From assembly GCA_965285935.1 (NCBI GenBank), contig OZ260663.1, positions 82,646,001 to 82,710,000 of the forward strand: DNA of 64,000 bases, given 5' to 3'. This DNA comes from Ophelia neglecta. Lineage: Eukaryota. Below, in pieces: positions 39,596-52,890 of the stretch. The first letter of the stretch is position 1, and each line of letters starts with the position of its first letter. A program made the translations under genes and the position numbers. The notes under the pieces were generated by a model. The model ran no database searches and was not told the origin of the DNA. It saw only the letters and a program-made list of their open reading frames with translations.

Positions 39596-41783
39596 AAGAC
39601 TACAAATGGGGCTTTTTTTTCGTGGGGGAGGGGGGGGGAGCTATTTTTGCAATATATTTGAATAACATATCTGACAAGCGTCACAGCTGTTTACTATAAT
39701 CAACGGTCTTATTCTAATGATTTTATCATCGGCTGCCGCTATGAAATGAAAAAGAACTCGAAGTAAGGCGTGATTTCCTCCGATATCGATTGGTCGCGTG
39801 ACATTAACTAACGTTAGACGTGAGTCGAGTCGGAGGCAGTTGATATGGACTTGACCCATGAGACCTGTGGTGGTACTCGGAGAAAACCACCATGTCAACA
39901 GACTGCTAAGATAGCAGTGAGGTGAAAGAAGACACACGTCTTCCGGGACGACACCGACAAGGAAAGTCAGAAAGTATGGAGATTCTGTGTAAATATTAGA
40001 GTCACAATGTAAGACGGACTGAGGTTTTGTATGATATAGACAAGATTTATCGCAATTATTTAACTTATCTAAAGGCCAACCAGGGTTAAAATAGCATAAT
40101 ACTATCTATAAGTGTTTTTTGCCCTTATATTTCGGACAACTAGTCCTAAATAGTTAGTTATTTTCTTTGGCGCCAAATAAACGTCAGTTGCTACATGCAT
40201 GGTTCAACAAGCCATCTTTGGTGTTAGTAGGGCCTATATGTGTATATGTACATCATTTTAGTTTTTCACACTTTCAATGTATTTTATTTGGTCTCGTTGA
40301 GTTTCGTTAAGATATTAGCGAGGCTGCTATACTTGGTTATAAAAACAGACACCTTTTTGGGGTTAGACAAGACAAGTTATTTTTTTTCTAAATGTACAAT
40401 AGATAGCCTAATAGCCCAAATAGGTCTGCATGCTGTGACTTGGGGGGGGGGGGGGGGGTTGCCCCTGACTAATGCGATTATTAACAGTATTAGGCACTCA
40501 AACGAGACTAAATCAGTTATCAATTCTGCGATATTTATTAGAGTAATGTTTTAAATATGGTGAACTTCTTTGAAAGGGAGGGAATCCTGAAGGGCTACCT
40601 AGAGTAAAAATATTGAGACAAAAACTTATAGGTCTAACACACTACTGATGATACCGTCTGTTATAGGCCTACAATAAAACCAAACTCAGTAATTATGCTT
40701 GTGACAAGCGTTAAACTTTTTTCTCTTTGTAGAAATCAGAAATAAGCACTTCAATGAAACGGCTAATCTGAAATAAATTGAATTGTCCCTTGCTAATGAT
40801 TTCTATAGGGTATCATTTTAAGGGACTATAGGGCGATGTCTCTCCCAGACGACTTATAAGCATGCTCGTTTCTCAATCCCATTCCCCTAACCCTTGAAGC
40901 GCGGCATTTGCGTGAGGATTGTCCTTGTTCAGTGACTCCATGTCGTCTGCCGTAGTGGCCAGACAAATCGCCATCAATATTCTAGGAGTAACAGCCGAGA
41001 ATCTGAGAGGCTAGAAAAAAGGTCGGCCGCGATAAGGCGAGAAATATCGACAATGTAACACCGACCCCCGAGCTATGGGCCGTGAAATTAGACTGCTGTG
41101 GAAGGTGGCTCATAAACTCTCAAACGACTCCCAGAATCGAGTGTGACCGATTTATTGGGGACCAGGGGTACGGCGACAGCATACTGATTAGGCTCTCAGT
41201 CGACTGGCGGTGGAGTACACTGGAAAAATAGTTCTAGGTTTAATTGACAAACTGTTTTATCCCATATAGCCTACCATACATCAGGCACCAGTTCAGGGAA
41301 TAACACTGACTGCAAAGGAAAAAAAAAAGTATTACTCAACTTTGTCACTTTAGAAATATATGAATATTGTTTTTTTTTGCAAACTTGTAATTATTATTTT
41401 TTAACCGAAGTGGGTTTCCAAGCACAAGACTGAGGCGGTTTGGGAGGGGTCGAATTCATTTTGTCGTTCGTCCCCATGAGAGAGCAGACGTCTTTAAAAG
41501 GAGAGCGGCGTTCTAACGCTTCATGTGTCGCTGGCTATTACGATAATCGTCACGTTTGTAGGAATTTCACGCTGTTTTTATCGCTTCATTATAACTATTA
41601 TGCCACCAGATGGCCTATCAGGACGATCTGCTGCTCTGCTCCGCTAGCGAGATGCAAATGAAGAATTAATCACAAGTTGTGATCTTGTCTTGATAATTTT
41701 GCTGATGAAATGTGTGCAAAGCTTGCGAGATAATTAAGCTTCAGTGGTGAAGAAAATCTTTAAAACATAACCATGACCGCTGC

Positions 41784-41835
<52 letters not shown>
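41784..41835. repeat. (AG)n microsatellite
   Basis: Dinucleotide run with one interruption. Confidence 0.97.
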
Positions 41836-41836
<1 letters not shown>

Positions 41837-42744
41837 GTCTTCTCCTCGGCGACCGATCTTCTCCTTTCCAAGGACTACTACAAGGCGTGGACAGGTTCTT
41901 TTTCCGTAGTAATTGTGGATATTGACCGCAATTTTAGCAGTCAATTGCCAAAATACGGATTTAGATGCAATGTATCCTATCCTGAGTCTCAATCAGGCGT
42001 CTAATGAGACAATCAGTGGCTTGGGTCGAACCATTGGCCGAGATCGACCACGTAATAGACCTGTCAATGTTATATAAAATATGGAGCTAGAGAGTTAACG
42101 CTGGAACTCACTGAGTATGGTTATGTCCGCTATGGTCTCTATGGCAAAAATGGCATTTGCACTAGGGAGGCCTATCACATTGCTGCAAATGTACGTTGAC
42201 AGAAATTGTCGATGGTTGAGGGGTGAACGCGAGTGTTTGCTGCTGGTTTACAAGTTGTACAGTCATGGTGTGAAAATAAAAAGCTGAAAAGAGGCAAGTA
42301 AAGTTATATGGCACTCTTTTGTGCTTAAAAGTTTATTCGGCGTGGCTTAAATTGATCCAATCAACCAAATGTATGAAGTAAGAGTAAGGAGCGAACGATT
42401 TGGTTTTCTGTTCAGGGTATACAGTCCCGCGTTTAGAATAGGTTAATCTATTATTATATGCGACTTGCAGAGTTTTTTTTAGTCTTGTCTTCATACAAGA
42501 GTCGACCGAAAGCCACAAAATACCCCAGTTTAAACCTTTCTTTAAACCTTTCTCGGCGAAAAAAAAGATATTCCATTGTTCCTAATAGTGCCATTGGACG
42601 CCAAAGGGAGGATATAAATGTCTGTCTACCTTTTGCAGACGAACTAGAATTATCATGAATAGACGCCTTTCCATAGACAAATTTAGGTTAAAAATGCCGG
42701 CAATAACTCAGACAACTAAAATCAGTAAAGTCTGTCAAACCACA

Positions 42745-43140
42745 TCACTGCTATCTGGATGTCAGCTATCTACCAGTGACAAAATGTGAATTATTCGCGG
42801 CCTGTTAACATTCTTAACACGGAATCAAAGAGATGAAGATATTTCTTTAGAATGAAAGTGCATGCATAAAACGAAATAAGCACTCCTTCCGTTTTCTGCC
42901 GAGTCGTGATACCAACATGTGACCTTCATCCGGGCAAGTGGTTGATAACCACGGCCTGTATACTTCAGACGAGTAGTGCTATTGTCGGCAGGACGATGCT
43001 TGGGCAGGGCTGGTTGTTTGGATACTCGAGGAGATGGAGTTACCGATCGTGTCAGATAGGTGCAGGCGGGTCAAGAAGGTCCCGCCCGCCGGACGGCAGA
43101 TGGAGTGGCCAGAGATCAACCGGCGATAACTGTGATTATG
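42745..43140. promoter_or_regulatory. Element B, copy upstream of live Tbx20
   Basis: TATCTACCAGTGACAAAATGTGAATTA, CAAGTGGT..ATAAC and CCAGAGATCAA..GATAAC.GTGA shared with the 63.4-63.8k copy. Confidence 0.65.
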
Positions 43141-43314
43141 TCTCCATCCGTCAGGAAATCAAGCGAAAATTTGTTTTGGTGAGCTGGACGAATTGTCAGG
43201 GCTAGGATGGTTTCTTGGCTATCATTCTTAGCATCCGAGTAGTTGTTTATTCCAGATGCATTGGAAAGACAATAACCGTCCCCATTACAAACCGGGTTTA
43301 TATAGAGAAGTAGA

Positions 43315-43880
43315 CCTGATTTCATGTTACTGATCTGACATTTCTGTCATTTTCAACTGACCTGAATTCTCTGCCATGTTTACTAACATGATATTTTCGT
43401 CATGTTTAATGACCAGGGATCATTTTCCTGTTAATTGGCAAGACAATTCTGTCATGTTGACTGACGTGGGGGCGTCTTATATTGACCGACCTGACATTAC
43501 TCAAGTTACCTGACCTACCATCACTGACATGTTTATTGACCTGACATTTCAGCCATGTTTCTTATCTCTGTCATGCTTCCCGACCGGATATCACTGTCAT
43601 GTTTTCTGACCTGCAAACTCTGTCATGTTTACTAACCTTACCTCTCTGTAATGTTTACCGAACTTACATCACTGCCATGTTTTCTGACCTGACATCACAT
43701 AATCTTTACTGACCTGATATCTCTGTCATGTTTACCGACCTGACACCTGTGTCGTATTTACTGACCTGATTTCTCCGTCATGTTTACTGACCTGACTTCT
43801 TTGTCATGTTTACCGACCTGATATCACTGTCATGTTAACCAATCTGACATCTGTGTAGCGTTTTCTGATCTGTTCTGTAA
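43315..43880. repeat. Degenerate minisatellite, unit about 29 bp
   Basis: Many tandem variants of CTGTCATGTTTACTGACCTGACATCT. Confidence 0.9.
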
Positions 43881-44859
43881 CCTGGCATAATATCTGCCAG
43901 AAGGTTTCATGGACCCATACGGATAAGAGGGCCCCGGGAGGAGGAATAATATTATTTGATTTACACGAAGAGAACCAGCTACAAATGACCGTTTGTTAAG
44001 AAAATTCGTTTTGTTTGTCAAATGATATTATAGGGGAATTACCGGTAATTGAATTTACAATACATTATACTGGAATCCTGACAATGTACCCCGCCCCTCT
44101 CCACTTCTATCCGTACTCCTGTATAACCTCTGGTGATCACTCAATCAACAATGGACATCTAGAGGGAAGCGACCCGGCCCCCATCATGTAAAAAGGGTGT
44201 GAAGTCAATTTTTGGCCGTCCAAGAAGTAACGCCCTTTAGTCCGCCTATTAATATATCACAAAACTTTCAATTTCCTTCCTTTGTCCGTAAATCTGTGAA
44301 AAGCTTATCAGAAGTCCAGTTAATCTACTACCAAGCCTAAGTTATGAATAAAGATGACCCAGTGTGTTAGAGTGATGGGTGTACTAGAGCACGGCGAGTT
44401 CAAATACTCCCTATTGGAAACATTGAGGCTTCTGAGAGGTCACGTGGACAATCTATCTTCTAATGGCCTTCGCTAAAATGGGACAGGGGGTATTACCTCA
44501 AACGCTGAAACGGACAATTGGTTCATGGCTATAATCAAGTAGCGGAAATATTGTGGCTAGCTTATCAAATACAGACAGACCGACAGACTCAATAACAACG
44601 CGTTTAAAACAAACTCTCATTTGACCCTAATGGCATTATGTTACAATGGATTCATGTTTTTCTTTTTGACATTTCACAGTAATCTGACTGGTCTACAAGT
44701 TATGGTTACTTTGTTTAACATTTGTTCCTTTTCAAGCTAATGTTCTTCTACTGTAGATTTATTTCCTCCATCTGCTATGGAAAGAGAGTAAAAAATATAC
44801 AAGGATGGTGGAGAAAATTGTTATCACACAGAGAACAGTTTAAATCTAATGCGATTTTA

Positions 44860-44950
44860 TTTTTCACACATTCTTCATTGACTACCTAAAATTTCACACA
44901 TTCTTCATTCACTCCCTAAAATTTCACAAATCCTTCGTTCACTATAGCTA
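44860..44950. repeat. About 29-30 bp tandem triplication
   Basis: TTTCACACATTCTTCATT.ACT.CCTAAAA three times, third copy diverged. Confidence 0.8.
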
Positions 44951-47877
44951 AAATAGTTTATGGCAGTGTTTCAATGTTGTTACTTGCATCTTTTCTAACA
45001 CTATGCACATCTGTTCTTATCTCTACGGTGCTAGTATCTTCGCGAACATTCATGTAAGTCTATCTTACCAAAACAGACGGGGCTCAAAATTGTCCTTTTC
45101 AAATATATTTGTAGTATACATGTCAGACTACAATAGAAACACCGCAACTGCCAATCATTGGTCTAAATGGTGGTAGATTAGCTGATATATATTCAAAGGG
45201 GAAGTGAAAAGTCAATTCATCTAGATGTAAATAATCTCTATGCCACATTAGACCACCCTGAATGTTACTAGATTCATGTATTTGTTCAACTTTCATAGTG
45301 GTATGACCATCAATAAAACCTTACTAAACACCAACACTCGGATTACACCCAGCCATATTGTAAGAAAATGTACAACGAATTACGCCCCAAGGTGTCAATT
45401 CATCATCCAATTTTTCCTGTTGACTGCTGTGACCTCAGAGTTAGGCAGCGAGGAAACACAATCCCTTACTTAATAGACCCGTCGTATTTCTGTTCTTGTG
45501 GTGATTTGCTATCTTTAACACTTTATGATGTATACTACCTACCGCAGGCAGCATTAAATACAGTTCGTCGAACGACTGCTTTTCTGCAGCCTGTAAAGAG
45601 TAACTTTATTAAAACTCATAAATAGCGAGTGGGCGAACTGTTTTGCAAAGAGAGTTGTTGTTCGCATACCTTTAAGTGAAACATGAAAACCCATTCCGTT
45701 GTTTTTCCTAAACTTTTTAAAACAACTTTACATGATTAAGTAAGGTCGCTGTATAAAAAGGCTCTAAACAGTGTCAGCTTCAATTTTATAGACGAATCAA
45801 AACAGAGAGGCACCTGCAGGTTACAACCATATCTCATTCCAAGAGTGAACTTGGACCCACAAACAAAATGACATGCCGTGTTGTATATGGTTTTCTGTTT
45901 AAGGAAACGCTGTACGGATCTTACCATAAATTGGTGGGTCTGTAGCTGACGGTCCATTACGTATTCGGACTGAATTAATTTATTATGATCGATAAATAGC
46001 TATGCATTGCTGTTATAATATGGCCTGATCCGAGATGAAACTAAACTGGGGCTGTAACAGATATAGGGAAAATCTAGTTTGTGCTTACACTAGTAGAGTT
46101 GCACCAAATTGTGGTGTAATAGTTTTGAACAGGGTGAAGATTTCTACGATCTTAATAACAGTAAGTCAGTTCTATCCCCTGACAATGTGTTAATTGGATG
46201 AACATCATATTTGAAACTAATCGTTCATTTTGTCAAGAGCTTTTTCCATCGTATCTGCCTCACATATTAAATAAGTGTGATGTTATAGGAGGAGAACTAA
46301 AAACGAGTGACACACTTTGTATAAGTAGGGAAGACGGTTCAAAGAATCTCCACTCCCTTTTGTCACACTGCACACAGTTATGCAATAGAGTAAGTGCTGA
46401 AAATCAAATCACAAAACAACGGGAGTAGTTATACGCGGACAAAGCTGATCATTGATCTGAAATAACCATTAAATCAAAAATTCTATTTTCTGATGTGATC
46501 GGTGGTTCGGCTGTTGGTTCCAGTTGATTTCGTACCTATTTAATGGAACGTTCTTGAATAGTGATTTGCCTTTATCTGCCTGGTCTCTGTTCCGGTTTTT
46601 ATTTATTAACCAAGTATAGTCTATAAAGCTAATTATCTCTTATCTTATTGACAACGTCCATTCAATAAAACTCGAAATACCAGTTGTTGCTATTGTTAGA
46701 AGTGTTCACAGGAGGATATATGTAGCTGTAGCTATAGTCATCAAAATCCTTGTTAAGGCAGTTTTCTACTGTCATCGTGGACTGAGTCAATAAAAGAAAG
46801 TACCAATTGTTGTTGTTAAGAATTCAGAGTGTATGCGCATAATCAGACTATCTATTAACATGTTATCGATAAACCAGTGTATCCAAAGGGAAGCTACATT
46901 GGAGTCAATAACAATTTCAAATTATTGGCTGTAACATGGCTGGGTCTATAAAAACGACAAATCACTTGTCGTTAGCTGTGTATATAAATAGTGCGCGCAC
47001 AGTGGGTGCATTTGAAAAAAGGCATGCCAACAGAGAATTGAACCTTTTTAGAAGATATTTAAATTGTTTATTGTATGACAACAACGACACATATTCTAAA
47101 CCTGATCTCTTTATAATGCAAAGTTTCGCCAGCGTAGGGTGGACATCAATGGGTTGCCAACAACCCACTCTCTTCGACATCCCACATTTGTTTGGTCAAT
47201 GTATTATCACTCAGTCGCTTCCGTTTGTTTACCCATAAATATACAGATTTGCTCAAGGGGCTTCTATTTGGTGTTGAATGTTCCTGTGTTTACTTCGGGT
47301 AGCAACTTTTGTTATGTCTGTGACTTCAGTTCATTCTTGTACCCAAGCATTCTGCCGACCTGTTTTATCCAAAAAGAGGGACAAACACATATGTTTCCTT
47401 GAAGGACTATCCCCACTCCCAAAATAACCCTTCTCCGCTCATATGTTGGTCTGGTTTTCTTTCTCAACAAGACTCTTATGTTTCCTGTTATTGAAGAACC
47501 TTATGGACCAATCTTGATTTTTTTGACGTGGGGTGGATGGCATATTTTGTTGAAAACTGGTACTAAAAGTCCCCGTAACCCTAATAAAACAGCTCTGTTA
47601 AGAAAAAACAAGATAACCTCATGATGATAGACAATTTATGGATTTTGCTTATTGGTTGAAGCGTGGAAAATTATAAATGTTGGTGTTTGTGTCTCTTTTG
47701 TGCATGGAACAAAATATTTCCACATATGAAACCACTTTGAATACAAGGATTAAGTATGTTTATATGAATTTAATTTAAACTATCTTTAGCCAATATGTGT
47801 GTGAACGCAGTTCGAGGGAACGGGCAAACTTGCAGAGTTTATAGACTGCCTGGGAACCTCCCCAGAGCCGGCCGAGT

Positions 47878-48290
47878 AAGTGTTATCTTGGTGCCGGAGA
47901 TCAGCTCCAACAGCCAACGATTTACTGCTGTTGTTCCTCCGCTATCTGTGTGTCAGACAACTTATCTACCAGTGAAAAAATGTGAATTACGAGGCCCTTG
48001 TTGGTTATCTTAATCCATGCCCGAGAATATGGCATACTGACTTAAGAAATAAACAGGTCCATAAAGCAGGGTGACAAATACTTCTCATCGTACCAGCTTA
48101 ATGATAAAAAACCTCCGATTAAATTTCAAACAGCGGCCATCAGTGTGTCAGTCTATATATAAGCGTCTTATGTTAAAATATTTATTTTGTATTTTTGAAC
48201 TTTTCAGATTGATAACGAGGTGGTGGGGGGGGGGGGGCGTGGACGGAGGCTGACGGTGGCCAGATATCAATCACTGACACCCGCGTTACG
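47878..48290. promoter_or_regulatory. Element B, second direct copy
   Basis: First about 200 bp roughly 80-85% identical by eye to 63337-63540. Confidence 0.65.
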
Positions 48291-51200
48291 TTTAAGTATT
48301 CTACGAGAGGTCATACCTGAAGGAAGCAGAACAGCGAAGGAGGGTATTATAGGGTAACAAAAGGGCTGGTTGACTGAGATTAGATTCAATTTAAAACAAA
48401 ATATAAATGAGCCATTATAAAAACGGCACCTGATGAAAAGGATTTAGGGAGACATCTGTTAAGTTACTAGTGCACTGTTTCAACTGATATAGTTTCTTGC
48501 AATAGGTGTGTTTAATCGGTAAAACTCCAACTTGAGTATTCTGTTGACTGTTCGAGAGGTGGCAGTTTGTCAATGACAAAACTAGGAAGCTAAAGGAGTC
48601 TGGCGGATAAGGCGCGTGCTGTAAGTCATCACTGTCACTAATCACGATTCCTTGGATATCTCAACATACGTATAAAAATACGGAACTCGAGAAACGTGCA
48701 ACTAATGAAAACACGCTCTGTGGATGGTACTATTGGGATTTGACTTCTTTTACAAATAAAGAACGCACTGTAACCACTCGATGGACTTATAGGTCTCCGT
48801 ACTATGATACCAAAACTGTTTCGAAATCATGGATATTAGGGCACAAGCTAACTTTAGTATAAAGTCCTTGCATCGACAACAATTAAAAAGCACGCTTCAA
48901 AAAATTGAATCACTCATGTGTTGGAGATGCATTAAAGACTTGACAATAAAAAGTGATAACTAAGAAGCGAGTAAAGTCAAGATTAATGTTTTAAAAATCA
49001 AACAAGAGGAAGAGGCGCGTTAAATCACACATACTGTTTTAAAAACTAAAAACAGGCAGGTATCGTGTCCTAAAATATTAGGCCAGCATCATGCTTTTTC
49101 TTGATGGCTGGTGGCTCCTAGTCTCTGATTATCTGGTGATTCCTGATTTCATTTTGGTTGGTGGTGCTTTATAATTTCAGATCGAATTTATTGATTATTC
49201 CTGATAAATGATTGAGATTTGTCTGGCGGGTATCCACTCCCCTTTTTATGGCTCGAATGTTATTACCTCGACATGACCTATAGACATGGGTTCAATTCCT
49301 TTTAGTAAGGATATCAATCTCTGACTTAATGTGACCAACATCTGGCTTGTGCAAACACACGTGATCCAAATGTTTTAAAACTTGACTACCGGTTTTCACC
49401 CCTATTTTAAGTAAATAACTTATCATGTGTGTGGTGTTGTAGACATTTTCAGCTGAACAAAATCTTTTGTTGAACGCCTACGAGAAGAAGTATGCATTGG
49501 CAGATATTTTCGTCCAAACAGCTGGAATCTATATGTTTTGGTAGTCAATTCATGTATTGAGATTCAAGATTTATATGTATATTATATGAATATATTTATG
49601 GCATTTGTTTTGATGGTAAAAGATAATAAACATACTGCAGACAAATGTTCTCAAAATCGACGATTCTTCTATATAGGATGCCTGAACCATATTTAACTGA
49701 GAAATCACAATCATCTTAACACTTTTAGTTAACATTGTACAATGTTGGCTGATTTTCACGATTTTCAAATTAAAATCTTTTCATAATGCGATAACAATCA
49801 GTGTTCAATTTCTGAAGGAATTCTCGGCGGTCTTATTTAAAATGTCGACTATGGTGAGACGCTGAGAAGGCGGGAAGATTCAGGCACACGACGTCCCGGC
49901 AGCCGACAACTGATTACTGATTCCAGGTTTATTACTTGTGACGGCTCATTTTTCTGCTTCCTCCTCAATCTGCATCAACAGAATTATAACCACCAGTGGG
50001 GTCGTAATGAAATTACCGGCCTGTGAAGTTTAGGAACCAAGCGCCAAGATATTCCACGCCATATCGCCGTAATTCGATAATGATCTGTTAATCAAATAAG
50101 GCGAGGAGACCGTTCTTTAAAATGAATTGGATAAAGTGCCTTGTAGAATGTTACCATGGAAAGCTGGTGAAACTTGCTTTTCAGCCGATTTGTGATGGAA
50201 GGGCTGTTAAGAATTGAGATAGGCACGATTTATCATCTGAAAGGAGCCACTGAAGCCGATGAAGCTAAGGGTGTCCGCTAATCATATTAAAGAGAGGCAC
50301 CAGTCGAACAAGTGATCGTTCGTTGCAGCATACAGTGCCAGATGAGATGATCGCACCGCAAAGCCAAGACGTAACTGCGGCTTTTGACTGCGGCTTGAAG
50401 ACGCGATAACCTCGCTGCCTGGCCGCGATAACACCGCGCTTCAGCCATGTGTTAACCACGGGGATGCCGCGATAACGCCGCGGCCTAGCCTTGTCTCTAC
50501 CACGGACTGGATTGTAACGTAATATCGCTCTGCTAGGCCAAGCCACTCAACGAGAAAGTTCCACATTCTTTAGGCCTATATGATGCACCTTTTTTACCTG
50601 CAACGGTCGAAACATTATTTGAGAGCAGACACGACAAAAAATACATCGCCGATTAGTTCATACTCGTTAATTGAGGATCGTAAACTCCGTCAAAGCCATT
50701 ACGACACTAAAATTATGTGCAAAAGCAAATTCAAAAAATATAAATAAGAGTTGATCTAATAGGATAAACGGGTTTCATGTTAGGTTTCAATATGCCAGTG
50801 GTCAAACAAAAGGAGGCTTGCAGTCGTTCAAAGGGCGACTAATCATGATGTTGACAAAGCCATAAGATGGTGTGTCTTCGATGTCTGACACGAGGCTTGT
50901 ACAATATAACATCCTAGGGGATTACAGAAGAACATCATGCCCGCCATTAAAGATGAAATTGGTGTATGGATTTTGTTTTTTACCTTTGCTACAACGGTTG
51001 AAAAGGCATTATGTAATTTAACAGGCTGAGTCGACTATAGTTTTTACTGAGTTTAATTTGCATGTACAATAACCAGGCAAATCAGGCGGAATTCAGAAGT
51101 GGGCCTCAATCCCTTTACCCGGGCGATGGGCGATTGTCAATACGTTCTATGGAAAGTAATAAAAAATGGCTGCTGAATTGTAATTAAATGTATGAACAAT

Positions 51201-52489
51201 TTTGCCCGGGATTTTAATTTTGTAAATTGGTATGGCCGTGATTTTTAATCATGCGATTCTCTTCCTGGAGAGTTAGTTTTCTTTACTGTGTAAATATAAA
51301 GGACATTGTCCTCTGGGTGTCATTTTCTCGCCACCTCTCTAAGCTTGGTCGTCTGTCGTTTTCTGTTGTTATCAGATTGTCATCCATTTAATACCAATCA
51401 TTGGTATGGGTGTCAAAAATCTACAAGAAAATTTCGAGACTTGACATATTATGTGCTGAGCGACTGTGACACACTCAACTTGGCCACATTGTCACCACGT
51501 TCAAACAGCTGAAAGCTACGGCCTCGACATGAAACACCACTATTAGAGGAAAACATTCCTTTACACCGGCAATCGTCACAGTAGTAAATACAAAGGTAAC
51601 TTTGCACATTTCTTAACCAAAAATAACGAACAACACAGCCACTATAATATAAAGATCTTTATCTAATAGCCTTACCGCCATACATATTTATGTTATTGTG
51701 GATGACACAAGTGTCTCATAGCTGGCTCTAGGTGTTATCTAATAGTCCACTAAAACAGCAGACGACAGGATGTGAGAGTCAAACGCCAAGGAATATAAAG
51801 GACGCAGACAATTTATTGTGATGAAACATCCAGGTTTTAACACCTGGGAGGTGACATTTACACTTAATAACAAGGAGTGCTCAATAAAGAGCAAATGGCG
51901 GTTTTTCAAAGCCAAGCCTAGTCCAATGCTATTATTATTTCGTAGCGTGTCGGTTTTCAAGCATCCAAAAAGCTGTCACCCATGCAGTTGGAGACGGGGG
52001 TAACCGGCTGGGAGGGGTGAAGTTTTTGGAGCGGAGGTGGTGTCAGTACCCTCCTTTTATTCCCCTAGTTGCTCCACTAGCTTGGGGTGGGTGTCCATTC
52101 CGAGAGGGAGGTTCGGGGCCCTAGTTTCCTGACCCATTTTTGGCAGTAGACACACTGTCCTCCGATTTTCAGGATTAATAATGAATACCAATGTAAAGGC
52201 CTACTACGCTGATGTCGAGATTTGATGAAGTAAACAGTATCCTATTGAAGCTGCATATCAATGTTCCGCTGAACAATATGCCATTTAACTCTTTGACACA
52301 CGAGACCACTAAGCACTATATATGTATACATATGTATATATATATGTTATATATATTCATGTATACAAAGGCCTTGGCAATGCACATTTATGCAGTTTCT
52401 TGTTTATCATTTATTTCCGATGGATTTCAAAACGGGTGTAGCTTTAACAGGGTTATGTGTTAGAAAATACCTAACAGGTTGAAACATTA

Positions 52490-52890
52490 AATGCCAATTA
52501 CCATTCGTCATTTAGCTCCACCACACCCCGCAGGGCGCAATTACAGCACAACGGTGTCGCTTTCCACTAGAACACGTGCGACTTTACCAATCTATCATAG
52601 CAGTAAAGCTTTCATACACCCTGCTATCAGTTACACCATTTGTTCTCTGTTTGTCACAGATCAGATTTTGTTACTGCAGACGGCGAAGTGACAAAATGGC
52701 GGCAACACTTACTCCCAATGTGCCGCCACCCGGAGGTAGAGATTGCTGACAGGGAACGACGCTCTATCCAAATGTTGACATTCTTTGCGCAACTTTGCAC
52801 CATTTTAAAACCTTTTATGTTGGCATGTGCTGAAAGATATCGACGAGAAGGTGTCGCTCTTTACATCAAACTCAAATATAATGTGACAAG
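52490..52890. promoter_or_regulatory. Paralogous conserved non-coding element I, right copy
   Basis: Inverted partner of 4480-4900; carries T-box-like AGGTGTCGC, TCF-like ACATCAAAC, GATATC and TGACA motifs. Confidence 0.7.

Noticed and set aside
43315-43880. Regularly repeated ~29-bp units resembling a CRISPR array
   Set aside because: Units are contiguous and degenerate with no unique spacers, there are no cas genes, and the context is eukaryotic; it is a minisatellite
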